Source: Opitutia bacterium
Lineage (GTDB): Bacteria > Verrucomicrobiota > Verrucomicrobiia > Opitutales > T3Sed10-336
Direction: 5' to 3'
DNA: 64,000 bases
Assembly (NCBI GenBank): GCA_050506795.1
Contig: JBJHCF010000001.1
Coordinates: 64,001 to 128,000 of the forward strand
Below the pieces are notes generated by a model. It searched no databases. It was given only the letters and a program-made list of their open reading frames with translations, and had not been told where the DNA came from. Positions 53,674 to 62,897 of the stretch are shown here, in pieces. The translations under genes and the position numbers were made by a program. Numbering within the stretch: position 1 is the first letter of the stretch; each line of letters begins with the position of its first letter.

Positions 53674-55056
53674 ATGAAAAACTCCTCCAATATGAATCGC
53701 CGGTCCTTTTTACAGCGTAGCGCCCTGGCGGGTGCGGCGATCGCGGTTTCCCCAATGATCCTTCCCAAACGGGTGCTGGGGATCAACGGTGAGCCGGGCG
53801 CCAACGAACGTGTCTCGATCGGTGTTATCGGGGTGGGAAACCAGGGGCGTTACCTGGCGCGCACTTTAGCCGGGGATTCCCTGTCCGACCGATGTCGGAT
53901 AACCGCGATATCCGATGTGTATCTGCCGCGCGGGCGGGAGGTCGCCGAGTCGTTGGGGGTCGCTCAGGACTCGGTTTATCAGGACTACCGGCGGATGCTG
54001 GATCGGAGTGATATCGATGCGGTGGTGGTGGCCACACCGCTCCACTGGCATGCGTTGAACTGTATCCATGCCGCCCAGGCCGGCAAAGACATCTTTTGTG
54101 AGAAACCCCTGACATTTTCCATCGTGGAGGGCCGCCGGGTGGTGGAAGCGGTGCGCAAGTATGAACGCGTGCTGCAGACCGGGATTCAGGGGCGAATGCA
54201 TCGCAATGCGCATCGCGCCTGTGAATACGTTCGCAACGGGGTGCTGGGGAAAATCAACCGGCTTATCGCTCACAATTACCACAGCCCCATGGAGCCGGAT
54301 TTTCCCGAGCAGGAGATTCCCGAGGGACTTGACTGGGACATGTGGTGCGGCCCGGCGGAAAAACCCCCGTTCAATTTTGTCGTCTGGGATAATCGCAGCG
54401 TTCCCAGTTGGGTTTCGCTGCGGCCTTTCTCCGGCAGTTCCATGACCGATTGGGGCAGTCACGGCCTGGACATCGCGCAGTGGGCGCTGGGAATGGACGA
54501 TACCGGTCCCGAGGAAATCTGGGTCGAGGGCGAACCCTTCCAACCCATGTACAGCACGCCGGACAATCCCGGTGCACGCCAGGAAGGGCCGAGATCGCCG
54601 GATATTTTCATGAAATATCCCGGCGATCTGGTGATGGAGTTTTCTCGCGAGGGCCGCTGGAACGAGGTAAACTTCCTCGGGGAAAACGGCACGATCAATA
54701 TCACCCGCGACGGCTTCAGCTCTGATCCGGCCGAGCTTATGGGGCAACGTCTGGAAAACATGGAGCATACCCTGTATCGGGGGTTGGAATACACCCTGCA
54801 ATACGGCATCCTTCATGATTGGCTAAACTGTATTCGCGAACGTCGGGATCCGGCCGCCAACGTGGAGGTCGGGCATCGCACCACCAGCCTTTGTCACCTG
54901 GGCAATATCGCGCGTTGGGTCAGCGGAGTGACCGGTGAGACGGGACAGCGGTTGAGGTGGGACTCGGTGAACGAGCGTTTCACCAACAGCGAGGAGGCCA
55001 ACGCCTTCCTGAATCCGTATCGCCGGGAAGCCTACCCCCTGCCCGAGACGGTGTGA
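53674..55056 (+). CDS. Tat-exported Gfo/Idh/MocA oxidoreductase
   Basis: NRRSFL Tat motif, IG.G..G, ATP.HWH, EKP, LDWD.W.GP, DWG.H..D. Confidence 0.9.
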   Translation: MKNSSNMNRRSFLQRSALAGAAIAVSPMILPKRVLGINGEPGANERVSIGVIGVGNQGRYLARTLAGDSLSDRCRITAISDVYLPRGREVAESLGVAQDSVYQDYRRMLDRSDIDAVVVATPLHWHALNCIHAAQAGKDIFCEKPLTFSIVEGRRVVEAVRKYERVLQTGIQGRMHRNAHRACEYVRNGVLGKINRLIAHNYHSPMEPDFPEQEIPEGLDWDMWCGPAEKPPFNFVVWDNRSVPSWVSLRPFSGSSMTDWGSHGLDIAQWALGMDDTGPEEIWVEGEPFQPMYSTPDNPGARQEGPRSPDIFMKYPGDLVMEFSREGRWNEVNFLGENGTINITRDGFSSDPAELMGQRLENMEHTLYRGLEYTLQYGILHDWLNCIRERRDPAANVEVGHRTTSLCHLGNIARWVSGVTGETGQRLRWDSVNERFTNSEEANAFLNPYRREAYPLPETV

Positions 55057-55104
55057 GGGGGGGCGGTTGCGCGCATTTGAATCGTCCGGGACGGAGACAA
55101 CGCC

Positions 55105-56082
55105 ATGTTCATGATGTATAAAAAGGTTTCAATCGTTTCGGCCGTGAGAGCGGTGGTCGGGCTCCCGTTTTTTCTCGCGCCGCTGTTCGCCTCGGGCGAT
55201 GAGCTCCGAGTGGAGCTGAATCACGACGACTCGGCGGGCACGGTCACGGTCAATGTCCGGGGGGAGCATTTCACCACCCTGCATTACGGCGACGAGGCGC
55301 GCACTCCCTTCCTTTGGCCGGTGAAGGCGGAAGGCGGGGTGGGGGTGACCCGCAATTACCCCATGGGATCGGACGAACCCGCGAGCGGGGATCATCCGCA
55401 CCACCGCTCCCTGTTTTTGACGTTCGGAGATGTCAACGGTTACGACCATTGGCACCACCAAACGATTGCCACCCGCGAGGTGACCACGGGGCATGAGAAC
55501 GATTACGCGTGGATTCGGTTGCGCAATGAATGGTTGGACGGGGACGGCGAACCGCTGCTGAGTGAATCGCAGGAACTCCGCTTCTACGACCGGCCGGCGG
55601 CATCCCGGATTATCGATGTCATTTCCACCTTGCGGGCGGAATTCGGCGATGTGGTGTTCGGCGACGACAAGGAGGGCCTGATCGCCTTTCGTATTCGGCC
55701 CGAGATTCAGGGCAATCGCGCCGGCGTACTCACCAACGCCGCGGGCGAGCGGGGTGAGCGCAATGTGTATGGTAAACCCTCCCCGTGGATGGACTACTCC
55801 GGCGAGATCGAGGGATACGGGACGCGCGGCATCGCGTTGTTCGATCATCCCGACAATTTTCGGCATCCCACCTTTTGGCACGTCCGGGATTACGGTTTGG
55901 CGGCGGCCAATCCTTTCGGCGCGGGTTCTGTGGGGGGCGAAGACCGCGACGGCAGCCACCGGTTGGAGCACGGAGAATCCATGACTTTTGTTTACCGGAT
56001 TTTGGTGCATTCCGGAAATGTCGAAGAAGCGCGTGTCGGCCGCCACTATCAGCGTTTTGCCGAAACCGCCTATCCGAGATAG
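55105..56082 (+). CDS. Exported PmoA-family/DUF6807-like protein
   Basis: Signal peptide, P.L.P, DHPHHRS, W.DY.G, D.P.N...P..W..R.YG. Confidence 0.7.
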   Translation: MFMMYKKVSIVSAVRAVVGLPFFLAPLFASGDELRVELNHDDSAGTVTVNVRGEHFTTLHYGDEARTPFLWPVKAEGGVGVTRNYPMGSDEPASGDHPHHRSLFLTFGDVNGYDHWHHQTIATREVTTGHENDYAWIRLRNEWLDGDGEPLLSESQELRFYDRPAASRIIDVISTLRAEFGDVVFGDDKEGLIAFRIRPEIQGNRAGVLTNAAGERGERNVYGKPSPWMDYSGEIEGYGTRGIALFDHPDNFRHPTFWHVRDYGLAAANPFGAGSVGGEDRDGSHRLEHGESMTFVYRILVHSGNVEEARVGRHYQRFAETAYPR

Positions 56083-56111
56083 ACTGAATTATATTAAGAT
56101 CGCACAGTGTC

Positions 56112-57386
56112 ATGAAAAGTTCATTACGAATCCAGCTCTCGATTATGATGTTTCTCCAGTTCTTTGTCTGGGGAGCCTGGTTTGTGACGATGGCGACTTA
56201 TCTGAGCGAGCTCGGTTTCACCGGGGCGGAGATTGGGCGGGCCTACAGCACCACGGCGATCGCCGCCATGATATCACCGTTCTTTGTGGGAATGATCGCC
56301 GACCGGTTTTTTGCGACCGAGCGGGTTCTCGGAGTATTTCATCTGCTCGGAGGCATCAGTCTCTTCTGGGCCTCCACCATCACATCCCCGGGACCCTTTT
56401 TCTGGGTGTTGATTCTACACACCATATTCTACATGCCCACCCTCGCGCTGGTAAATGCGTTGTGCTTTCACCAGATGAAGGACCCGGGTAAAGAGTTTCC
56501 GCCCATCCGGGTGCTTGGGACCATCGGATGGATCGCCGCCGGATGGATGATTGTGATGCTCAGTACACTCAGTGGAGCGAGCATCGAAGCCACCAGCACA
56601 CCGCTCAAGCTCGCGGCCGGATTCGCGGTGGTGCTGGGGATTTACTGCTTTTTTCTCCCGCACACCCCGCCGCGGGCCGCCGGGAAAAAGGTGACCGTGC
56701 GCGACGTGTTGGGCCTCGATGCACTCGGTTTGCTCCGGGAGCGATCGTTCGCCGTTTTTGTGGTGAGTTCGCTGCTCATCTGTATCCCGCTCGCATTCTA
56801 TTACAATTGGACGAATCCCTTTCTGAACGACGTCGGAATGGAAAATCCCGCGGGAAAGATGACCCTGGGGCAGATTTCGGAGATCGTCTTTCTGCTCGTG
56901 ATGCCATTTCTGTTCGTTCGTCTCGGCATCAAGCGAATGCTGATGATCGGCATGCTGGCCTGGGTACTGCGGTACGTTCTTTTTGCCTACGGCAATAATG
57001 AGGCTCTGGTTTTTATGCTCTATGCCGGCATTATTCTGCATGGGATCTGTTACGATTTCTTTTTTGTCGCGGGCCAGATCTACGTCGACAAAAAGGCGCC
57101 GGTGGAGATCCGGGGTGCGGCCCAGGGGTTTATTGCCTTTATCACGCTCGGATTGGGCATGTTTATCGGGTTTAACGTTTCCGGCTGGATCGTGGATACC
57201 AATACCATCGACGGCGTTTACGACTGGCGGGCGATTTGGATTCTGCCCGCCTTGATGGCGTTGGTCGTGCTGATCGGGTTTGCCCTCCTGTTCAGGGAAC
57301 GAAGCGTCTCCCCCGAATCCGGATTGACGGAAGAGGGGTTGCCCGCGCCGGCCAATCCCGCGCCGGTGGACCAGTCGGAGCGGTAG
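56112..57386 (+). CDS. MFS nucleoside:H+ symporter family permease (NupG/YegT-like)
   Basis: L..M.FLQFFVWGAW, G.IADRFF, YMPT.AL, IRV.GTIGW, GQ.SE, LHG.CYDFFF. Confidence 0.88.
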   Translation: MKSSLRIQLSIMMFLQFFVWGAWFVTMATYLSELGFTGAEIGRAYSTTAIAAMISPFFVGMIADRFFATERVLGVFHLLGGISLFWASTITSPGPFFWVLILHTIFYMPTLALVNALCFHQMKDPGKEFPPIRVLGTIGWIAAGWMIVMLSTLSGASIEATSTPLKLAAGFAVVLGIYCFFLPHTPPRAAGKKVTVRDVLGLDALGLLRERSFAVFVVSSLLICIPLAFYYNWTNPFLNDVGMENPAGKMTLGQISEIVFLLVMPFLFVRLGIKRMLMIGMLAWVLRYVLFAYGNNEALVFMLYAGIILHGICYDFFFVAGQIYVDKKAPVEIRGAAQGFIAFITLGLGMFIGFNVSGWIVDTNTIDGVYDWRAIWILPALMALVVLIGFALLFRERSVSPESGLTEEGLPAPANPAPVDQSER

Positions 57387-57426
57387 CCAAGGCCACCTAT
57401 CCGCATCAAACGGCTATAGCGATTGC

Positions 57427-60400
57427 TCAGGGCAGTGTTACGTGGACCTTGGCGAATAGGTGGTTGGTGGAAAATTGACTTAAGGGGACGATTATCATGG
57501 CCCGCTGCCATTCGGAGTCGATCTGGTGTACGGTCGGTTGAGTGGTGATCGCTTCCCATGTATTGAGATCGGTGGAAACGAGGGTGGTGTAAATTAATCC
57601 GCTTTCCCGGCGACGAATAAATTCGATACGCAGCGCCGGTCCGGTTCGTCCCACCCAGCCGACACTGGCAACCGGAAGCCCCTTTGTTTCGATGCCACCC
57701 GGTGTCAGGGTGCTGCGGTCGGGGGCGGCGAGATCCATGTTGAATGCGTACTTCAGGAGGTTTTCCACTCCGTCTTGAAACGGGATGGCTTCGGGAATGG
57801 CGTCGGCGCCGGTGAGTCCGCTTCCTTCCATGGCGGAGGCAAACCGGCCAGGCTCATCGGTGAAGGCTCCGGTGATGCTTAAGTCTGTATCCAGGGTAAT
57901 CGTTTGCAACCGCGAAAATCCGTCGAGGGCGCCGGACCAACCGCCAAACACGGAATCTTTGGCGGGAACCGCTTCCACGTCGATAGAGTCGCCCTTCGGA
58001 AATTGGGTCCGGTAAGGGTATTCAGGGGGGGCGAGCGTGTTGACCATTATGATTCCCTCGCCGTTGCCGGTGCGATTCACTTCGATCATGCGGTATCCCG
58101 GAAGACGGAAGAACTGGATTGCAGTAGGAACCAGGCGGTTCTCCGTATCCCCGTGGCCGAGCCTTCCAGAAATCCCCGAGCCGAAGGTGAATACGGTGGC
58201 ATCTTCGGAAAGGAGAATCGTATGCGACGCCCCGGCGGCGGCGCCCGAAAGAGTATGTCCTGAAAGGTTTTGATGTTCCACAAGCACGGGTACCAGCGAA
58301 TTTTCGGTTTCCCCGGATCCCAGTCGGCCGTCGGCGCCGGCTCCAAAAGTAAACGATTCTCCTTCCGAGGTCAGGAGAATGGTATGGTTGTCTCCCAGGG
58401 CCGCTTTAATGACAGTATGCTCCGACAGGCTTTCGTCTTCAATGCGTGTCGGTACCATCCGTGCCGCCATGTCACCATGCCCCAGTTGTCCCTCAAGGCC
58501 CCGCCCGAAAGTGAATACCGTTCCGTCCGAGGTCAAAATCAAGGAATGGGCTCCGCCCGCCGAAATGCCGGTTATGGTCTTTCCCGACAGGATTTCGTGG
58601 TCGATTTTCGTGGGGATACGATTGTTTTGGATTTCTGCTTGTCCAAGCCTGCCCGACGCCGCGTGTCCGAAGCTGAAGGTGGTGCCATCGATCGCCCGCA
58701 AGAGAGTGTGTGCGGCGCCGGCGGCAATTTCGACGATGGCATGGCCGGCAAGGGAATCGGCTTCGATTGGGGTGGGGACCGTGCGATTTCCGGAGTCGCC
58801 GTGACCGAGTTGCCCGTGGAATCCACTGCCGAACGTGAAGACTGTTCCGTCGGACGACAATAAGACCGTGTATGACGAGCCGGCCGCAATGGCTTTTATG
58901 CTATTTCCGTCCAGGTTCTCGTGCGTGATTTCCGTTGGAACGTCTCGCGAAAGCAAGTCACCATGCCCAAGCGCGCCCAGGTTTCCCCAACCGAAGGTGA
59001 AAACCCGTCCGTCGGCGGAGAGTAAAACGGTGTGGTACTGTCCCGCCGCGACCTGGACTATCGCATGACCGGCGATACCTTCGTATTCGATCGGAATGGG
59101 AACGTGGCGTGGGTCGCTGTCTCCGTGGCCCAATGACCCGGCGGCCCCGGAGCCAAAGGTGAACACCGTTCCCTCGGAAGAGAGAACCACGGTATGCCAT
59201 TGGCCGGCGGCTACCATGGGTTCGACAACCCCGGGGATCACCGAAATGGTAAGAGGACGCTCGAGAGACAAATCGTTCTGATTGGTCGCGCGGAGCCGGA
59301 TAGCATACACTCCGACAGGAAGCGAAGAGGCGGTACGGAGTGTATCATCCACCACCAGAAATTTTCCATTGTCCTGATCTCCCTCTCCGGGAACCAAACT
59401 GAACGAGAATGTATCGTTGATCAAGCCGGTGGCGAGGAGTCTGCTCACCGGAGCATCGACTCCGGTGCGTTTGTTTCCGATCGTCCGGTTCCAGACAAAA
59501 ATGAATTCCGGGGACACCGCGAGGCTGAAGGTGGCGACGATCGTTTGGTTGGAAGCGATGGTCACCGTTCTTTCCGGGGCGGTACCGCTGATGCTCCCGG
59601 ACCATCCTTCGAAAACAAATCCGTAATCCGGCACAGCTTCGATGAGAAGGGTTGTTCCCTTCGCCACAGTAAGGGAATGCGGATAATCGACGATCGGTTC
59701 GCCGTTCACTCGAATCGATCCTTGTCCTTCGCCTGAGATGTCGATGGTTGCCGTCCGGTCGGGGGTTTCCGGCAACAGCCAGACCGTGGGGATTTCCTCA
59801 GGAACCAGCCGATCGTTGGTGTCGCCGTGCCCAAGTTCGTTGGAACGGCCGCGTCCGAAACTGAACACCGCGCCGTCGGAGACCATTATCAGGCTGTGTC
59901 TTCCTCTGCCGGATACGGCTATCGGCGTGTGCCCGGAAAGGTTTGCGTTTTCGATCGGAGTCGGTACCGCTCGGTTCTCGGTATCGCCGTGCCCGAGGCG
60001 CCCGTCGCCCCCCGGTCCAAAGGTGAACACGGTGCTGTCGGAGGAGAGGAGCATTGTCGCAGCTCCGGCGGAGATATCGGTGATCGTATGTCCGGCCAGG
60101 TTATCGTGCTGGAGTGCCGTCGGAACCAGTCTGCCATCCAGATCTCCGAGCCCCAGGGTTCCCGAATGGCCTGCTCCGAAGACAAAGATGGTTCCGTCCT
60201 CGGCCAGCAAGACGGTATGCGCAATACCGGCCGCGATTTTCCGAACCGGGTGTCCGGCTAGAGAGGCGTGTTCGATCTTCGTCGGCACAAAACGATTCTC
60301 GATATCCCCGTGCCCCAATCTTCCGGACCAGCCGTGGCCGAAGGTGAAAACCTCGCCGTCGGAGGACAATAGCACCACATGTTCGGAACCCGCGGCGATA

Positions 60401-61251
60401 TCAATGATGGTCGAGGAGGAGAGGCCCGCGTATTCAATCGGGGTAGGAACCAGTTTGTCGTCACGGTCGTCCCCGTGTCCCAGCCAGGCCCCCCTGCCGA
60501 ATGTGAACACGGTGCCGTCTGCCGAGAGAAGGACCGTTTGACTGTATCCGGCCGCGATCCGCGTGATTCGGTGGCCGGACAGATTCTCATGTTCGATCGG
60601 AGTAGGAACAAGGCGCCGTTCGGTGTCGCCGTGGCCGAGTCGACCCTCGAAGCCCCATCCGAAAGTGAAAACGGTTCCATCCGAAGCCAGGAGAACGGAG
60701 TGGGAACTTCCGGCCGCGACATCAATGATCAGGTATCCGTCAAGCTTCTCGTGTTCGATCGGTGTGGGTACCGATCGCGATTGGGTGTCCCCGTGTCCCA
60801 GCCTGCCCTGTGAGCCCCATCCAAAAGTGTAAACGTTGCCGTCGGCGGCCAGCAGCAGGCTGTGCCCGTCGTTCGCGGAGATTCCGGGTTCGACCGATCC
60901 AGGGACCACCGAGATGGTGAATACTTCTTCATGCGATCGGTCTTCCGAGTCGGTGGCGGCCAGTCGCACCGAGTATTGACCCTCTGACAAGGATTCGGCG
61001 GCGCGGAGTTCGTCGCCGACGATTTCAAAACGGTTGTTGTCATCTGCGCCCTCGCCATCAGCGAGGGCGAAAACGATCATACCATCCGTCGTTCCGGAGG
61101 CGTGCAGCGGGCTGACCGAACTGCCGGGACCGGTGCGTTCCTCTCCAATCGTCGTGTGCCAGACGATAATGGATTCCGGTGCCGAGGCGCAGACAATCGA
61201 ATAGACGAAGGCAAAGCATGCGCCTACGAGATAGGGAAGGGTGATTTTCAT
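57427..61251 (-). CDS. Large secreted RCC1-repeat protein (two propeller modules) with Ig-like/B-repeat domains and a C-terminal extracellular domain
   Basis: About 14 repeats of AAG..H.VLL..DG.VFTFG.G..G.LGHGD....VPT.I; A.P..G..F.GWSG domains; DG..NLL.YAF and STDL.TW tail. Confidence 0.88.
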   Translation of the reverse strand: MKITLPYLVGACFAFVYSIVCASAPESIIVWHTTIGEERTGPGSSVSPLHASGTTDGMIVFALADGEGADDNNRFEIVGDELRAAESLSEGQYSVRLAATDSEDRSHEEVFTISVVPGSVEPGISANDGHSLLLAADGNVYTFGWGSQGRLGHGDTQSRSVPTPIEHEKLDGYLIIDVAAGSSHSVLLASDGTVFTFGWGFEGRLGHGDTERRLVPTPIEHENLSGHRITRIAAGYSQTVLLSADGTVFTFGRGAWLGHGDDRDDKLVPTPIEYAGLSSSTIIDIAAGSEHVVLLSSDGEVFTFGHGWSGRLGHGDIENRFVPTKIEHASLAGHPVRKIAAGIAHTVLLAEDGTIFVFGAGHSGTLGLGDLDGRLVPTALQHDNLAGHTITDISAGAATMLLSSDSTVFTFGPGGDGRLGHGDTENRAVPTPIENANLSGHTPIAVSGRGRHSLIMVSDGAVFSFGRGRSNELGHGDTNDRLVPEEIPTVWLLPETPDRTATIDISGEGQGSIRVNGEPIVDYPHSLTVAKGTTLLIEAVPDYGFVFEGWSGSISGTAPERTVTIASNQTIVATFSLAVSPEFIFVWNRTIGNKRTGVDAPVSRLLATGLINDTFSFSLVPGEGDQDNGKFLVVDDTLRTASSLPVGVYAIRLRATNQNDLSLERPLTISVIPGVVEPMVAAGQWHTVVLSSEGTVFTFGSGAAGSLGHGDSDPRHVPIPIEYEGIAGHAIVQVAAGQYHTVLLSADGRVFTFGWGNLGALGHGDLLSRDVPTEITHENLDGNSIKAIAAGSSYTVLLSSDGTVFTFGSGFHGQLGHGDSGNRTVPTPIEADSLAGHAIVEIAAGAAHTLLRAIDGTTFSFGHAASGRLGQAEIQNNRIPTKIDHEILSGKTITGISAGGAHSLILTSDGTVFTFGRGLEGQLGHGDMAARMVPTRIEDESLSEHTVIKAALGDNHTILLTSEGESFTFGAGADGRLGSGETENSLVPVLVEHQNLSGHTLSGAAAGASHTILLSEDATVFTFGSGISGRLGHGDTENRLVPTAIQFFRLPGYRMIEVNRTGNGEGIIMVNTLAPPEYPYRTQFPKGDSIDVEAVPAKDSVFGGWSGALDGFSRLQTITLDTDLSITGAFTDEPGRFASAMEGSGLTGADAIPEAIPFQDGVENLLKYAFNMDLAAPDRSTLTPGGIETKGLPVASVGWVGRTGPALRIEFIRRRESGLIYTTLVSTDLNTWEAITTQPTVHQIDSEWQRAMIIVPLSQFSTNHLFAKVHVTLP

Positions 61252-61419
61252 GGCTGTTTAGGGTTTTTGGCTGAGTCGGCTGCAATACCATCAGCCGGGG
61301 GAAGGGTCAATGCACGGTAATTCGGCTGAATATTGCCGAAAAACGGGCGGATTGTCAATGTTGACACCGTCGTGACACCCCTGTGCGAGGGTACAGAGAG
61401 GCAGGTCAGGTTGGGCCCG

Positions 61420-61443
61420 GTAGACCCGTCGTAGCGACGGATC
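61420..61443. repeat. GTAG-type REP-like palindrome
   Basis: GTAGacccgtcg-tag-cgacggatc. Confidence 0.45.
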
Positions 61444-61509
61444 CCAAGGCGTCGCTCGCTGGTGTCCGGACCTTTCGCAGGTCGAATATTGGGTGGCGAC
61501 CGACCTTGA

Positions 61510-62481
61510 CTACGCCCGGAACAACGGCGCGTATTCGCGGGCCATGGCCTGAACCTGGCTGTTCTCCTCTTCGGTGAGCGGAGTGTAATTTTTGGCCAGT
61601 TCGAGGGCCAGCTCGTAGAGATCGGGATTGCCGGGTGGCAGCGCCGAAGTGATGCCGGGTTTGCTCAGGGTCCAGCGCAGTCCCAACGCCGCCAGTTCCG
61701 GTTCGTGAAGCGGTTCGTACCACAGGCCGTAACGGCGGCGGCTTTCGGAGCTCCCCTGGCCTCGTTGACGCACCATCGGCTTGAGGGCGAAGATGGCGCA
61801 TTCTTTTTCGCGTGCCTTTTCGATCACTCTCGGACCGAAGTTGCCCTCGTATTCGCAGACGAAATTTATCGGCAGCATGACCGAGTCGAAGTCGAACAGC
61901 TCCAAGGCCCGCAATGCGGCCGCTTCGGTATGCGCGGAGAACCCGAGATAACGCACCAGACCCGCTTTGCGGGCTTCAACCAGGACCTCCATCACCCCGC
62001 CATCGGCGAAGGCCACTTCGACATCGTTCTGCACGTTCTGGATGTTGTGCATCTGGTAGAGGTCGAAGTGATCGGTCCGCAGTCGCTCGAGCGAACGCTC
62101 AAGTTCTTCACGCGCTTCCCGCGCGGTGCGTTTCGCTGTCTTGCACGCCAGGAAAAGTTGATCGCGGAACGGTTCGACTATTGGTCCGGCCAGTGTTTCG
62201 GCGTTGCCGTAACGGGGGGCAAGATCGACAAAATTTACACCGGCTTCCACCGATTTCTCCATCAACTCCATCACCCGATCGGGAGCGACTCCATTCATGC
62301 TGACCCCGCCGAATCCAATGATCGAGAGCTCTTCGCCGGTCTTGCCGAACGGACGCCGGGGAACCTTTTTCGTGGACCGCGGGCTCTCCTCGGCGTAAAC
62401 CTTCTGTTGTCCGGCCGCCCCACCGATGGTGACGGCGGCGGTTCCGAATGCGGTGGTCTTGATAAAATCTCGCCTCTTCAT
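61510..62481 (-). CDS. Tat-exported aldo/keto reductase
   Basis: KRRDFIK, R.FGKTG, D.A..YG.AE, SL.RL.TD.FDL...H, G.S.H. Confidence 0.9.
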   Translation of the reverse strand: MKRRDFIKTTAFGTAAVTIGGAAGQQKVYAEESPRSTKKVPRRPFGKTGEELSIIGFGGVSMNGVAPDRVMELMEKSVEAGVNFVDLAPRYGNAETLAGPIVEPFRDQLFLACKTAKRTAREAREELERSLERLRTDHFDLYQMHNIQNVQNDVEVAFADGGVMEVLVEARKAGLVRYLGFSAHTEAAALRALELFDFDSVMLPINFVCEYEGNFGPRVIEKAREKECAIFALKPMVRQRGQGSSESRRRYGLWYEPLHEPELAALGLRWTLSKPGITSALPPGNPDLYELALELAKNYTPLTEEENSQVQAMAREYAPLFRA

Positions 62482-62897
62482 AATCGGATCCTTTCGTTAC
62501 GCGTTCTTCGCTTTTTCGGTTTGATTAGGTCTTCCCGGTCTGATCGAGAGCCGGCGTTTTGAAGCTCGTGTCTTTGGCGCCAAGCCCTCCGGGCGGTGCC
62601 GATCCCGTGCGTTGTCAGCGAAAAAGCCAACCGACGCAAACCAAACGGCAACGGTTAGTGTACCCCGGCCGCCTTGGAGCGGCAAGTAGTTTTCCATAAA
62701 AACCCGTCCGCCGCACCAGGGCTTTTTCATTTGGCCTCTGAAGGCCGCATGAAAAAGCATTTCAGATCGAAGATTTCAAATTTGAGATTTCTTGCCAAGA
62801 GATGTGGATCAAAGCTCGCATTTAAAAAGGCCGTGGTCCGTTACACCGGGGTTTTGCTGCGGGCGGTCGTGCGCGGCCGACGCGTCAACGGGACCAC

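Noticed and set aside
55105..56082. Particulate methane monooxygenase subunit
   Set aside because: Soluble exported protein with no pmoCAB context; the PmoA family label is nominal only.
61380..61509. Structured ncRNA (SRP or 6S-like)
   Set aside because: Several hairpins, but no SRP GGAA/AGCAG motif or other family signature; treated as REP-like.
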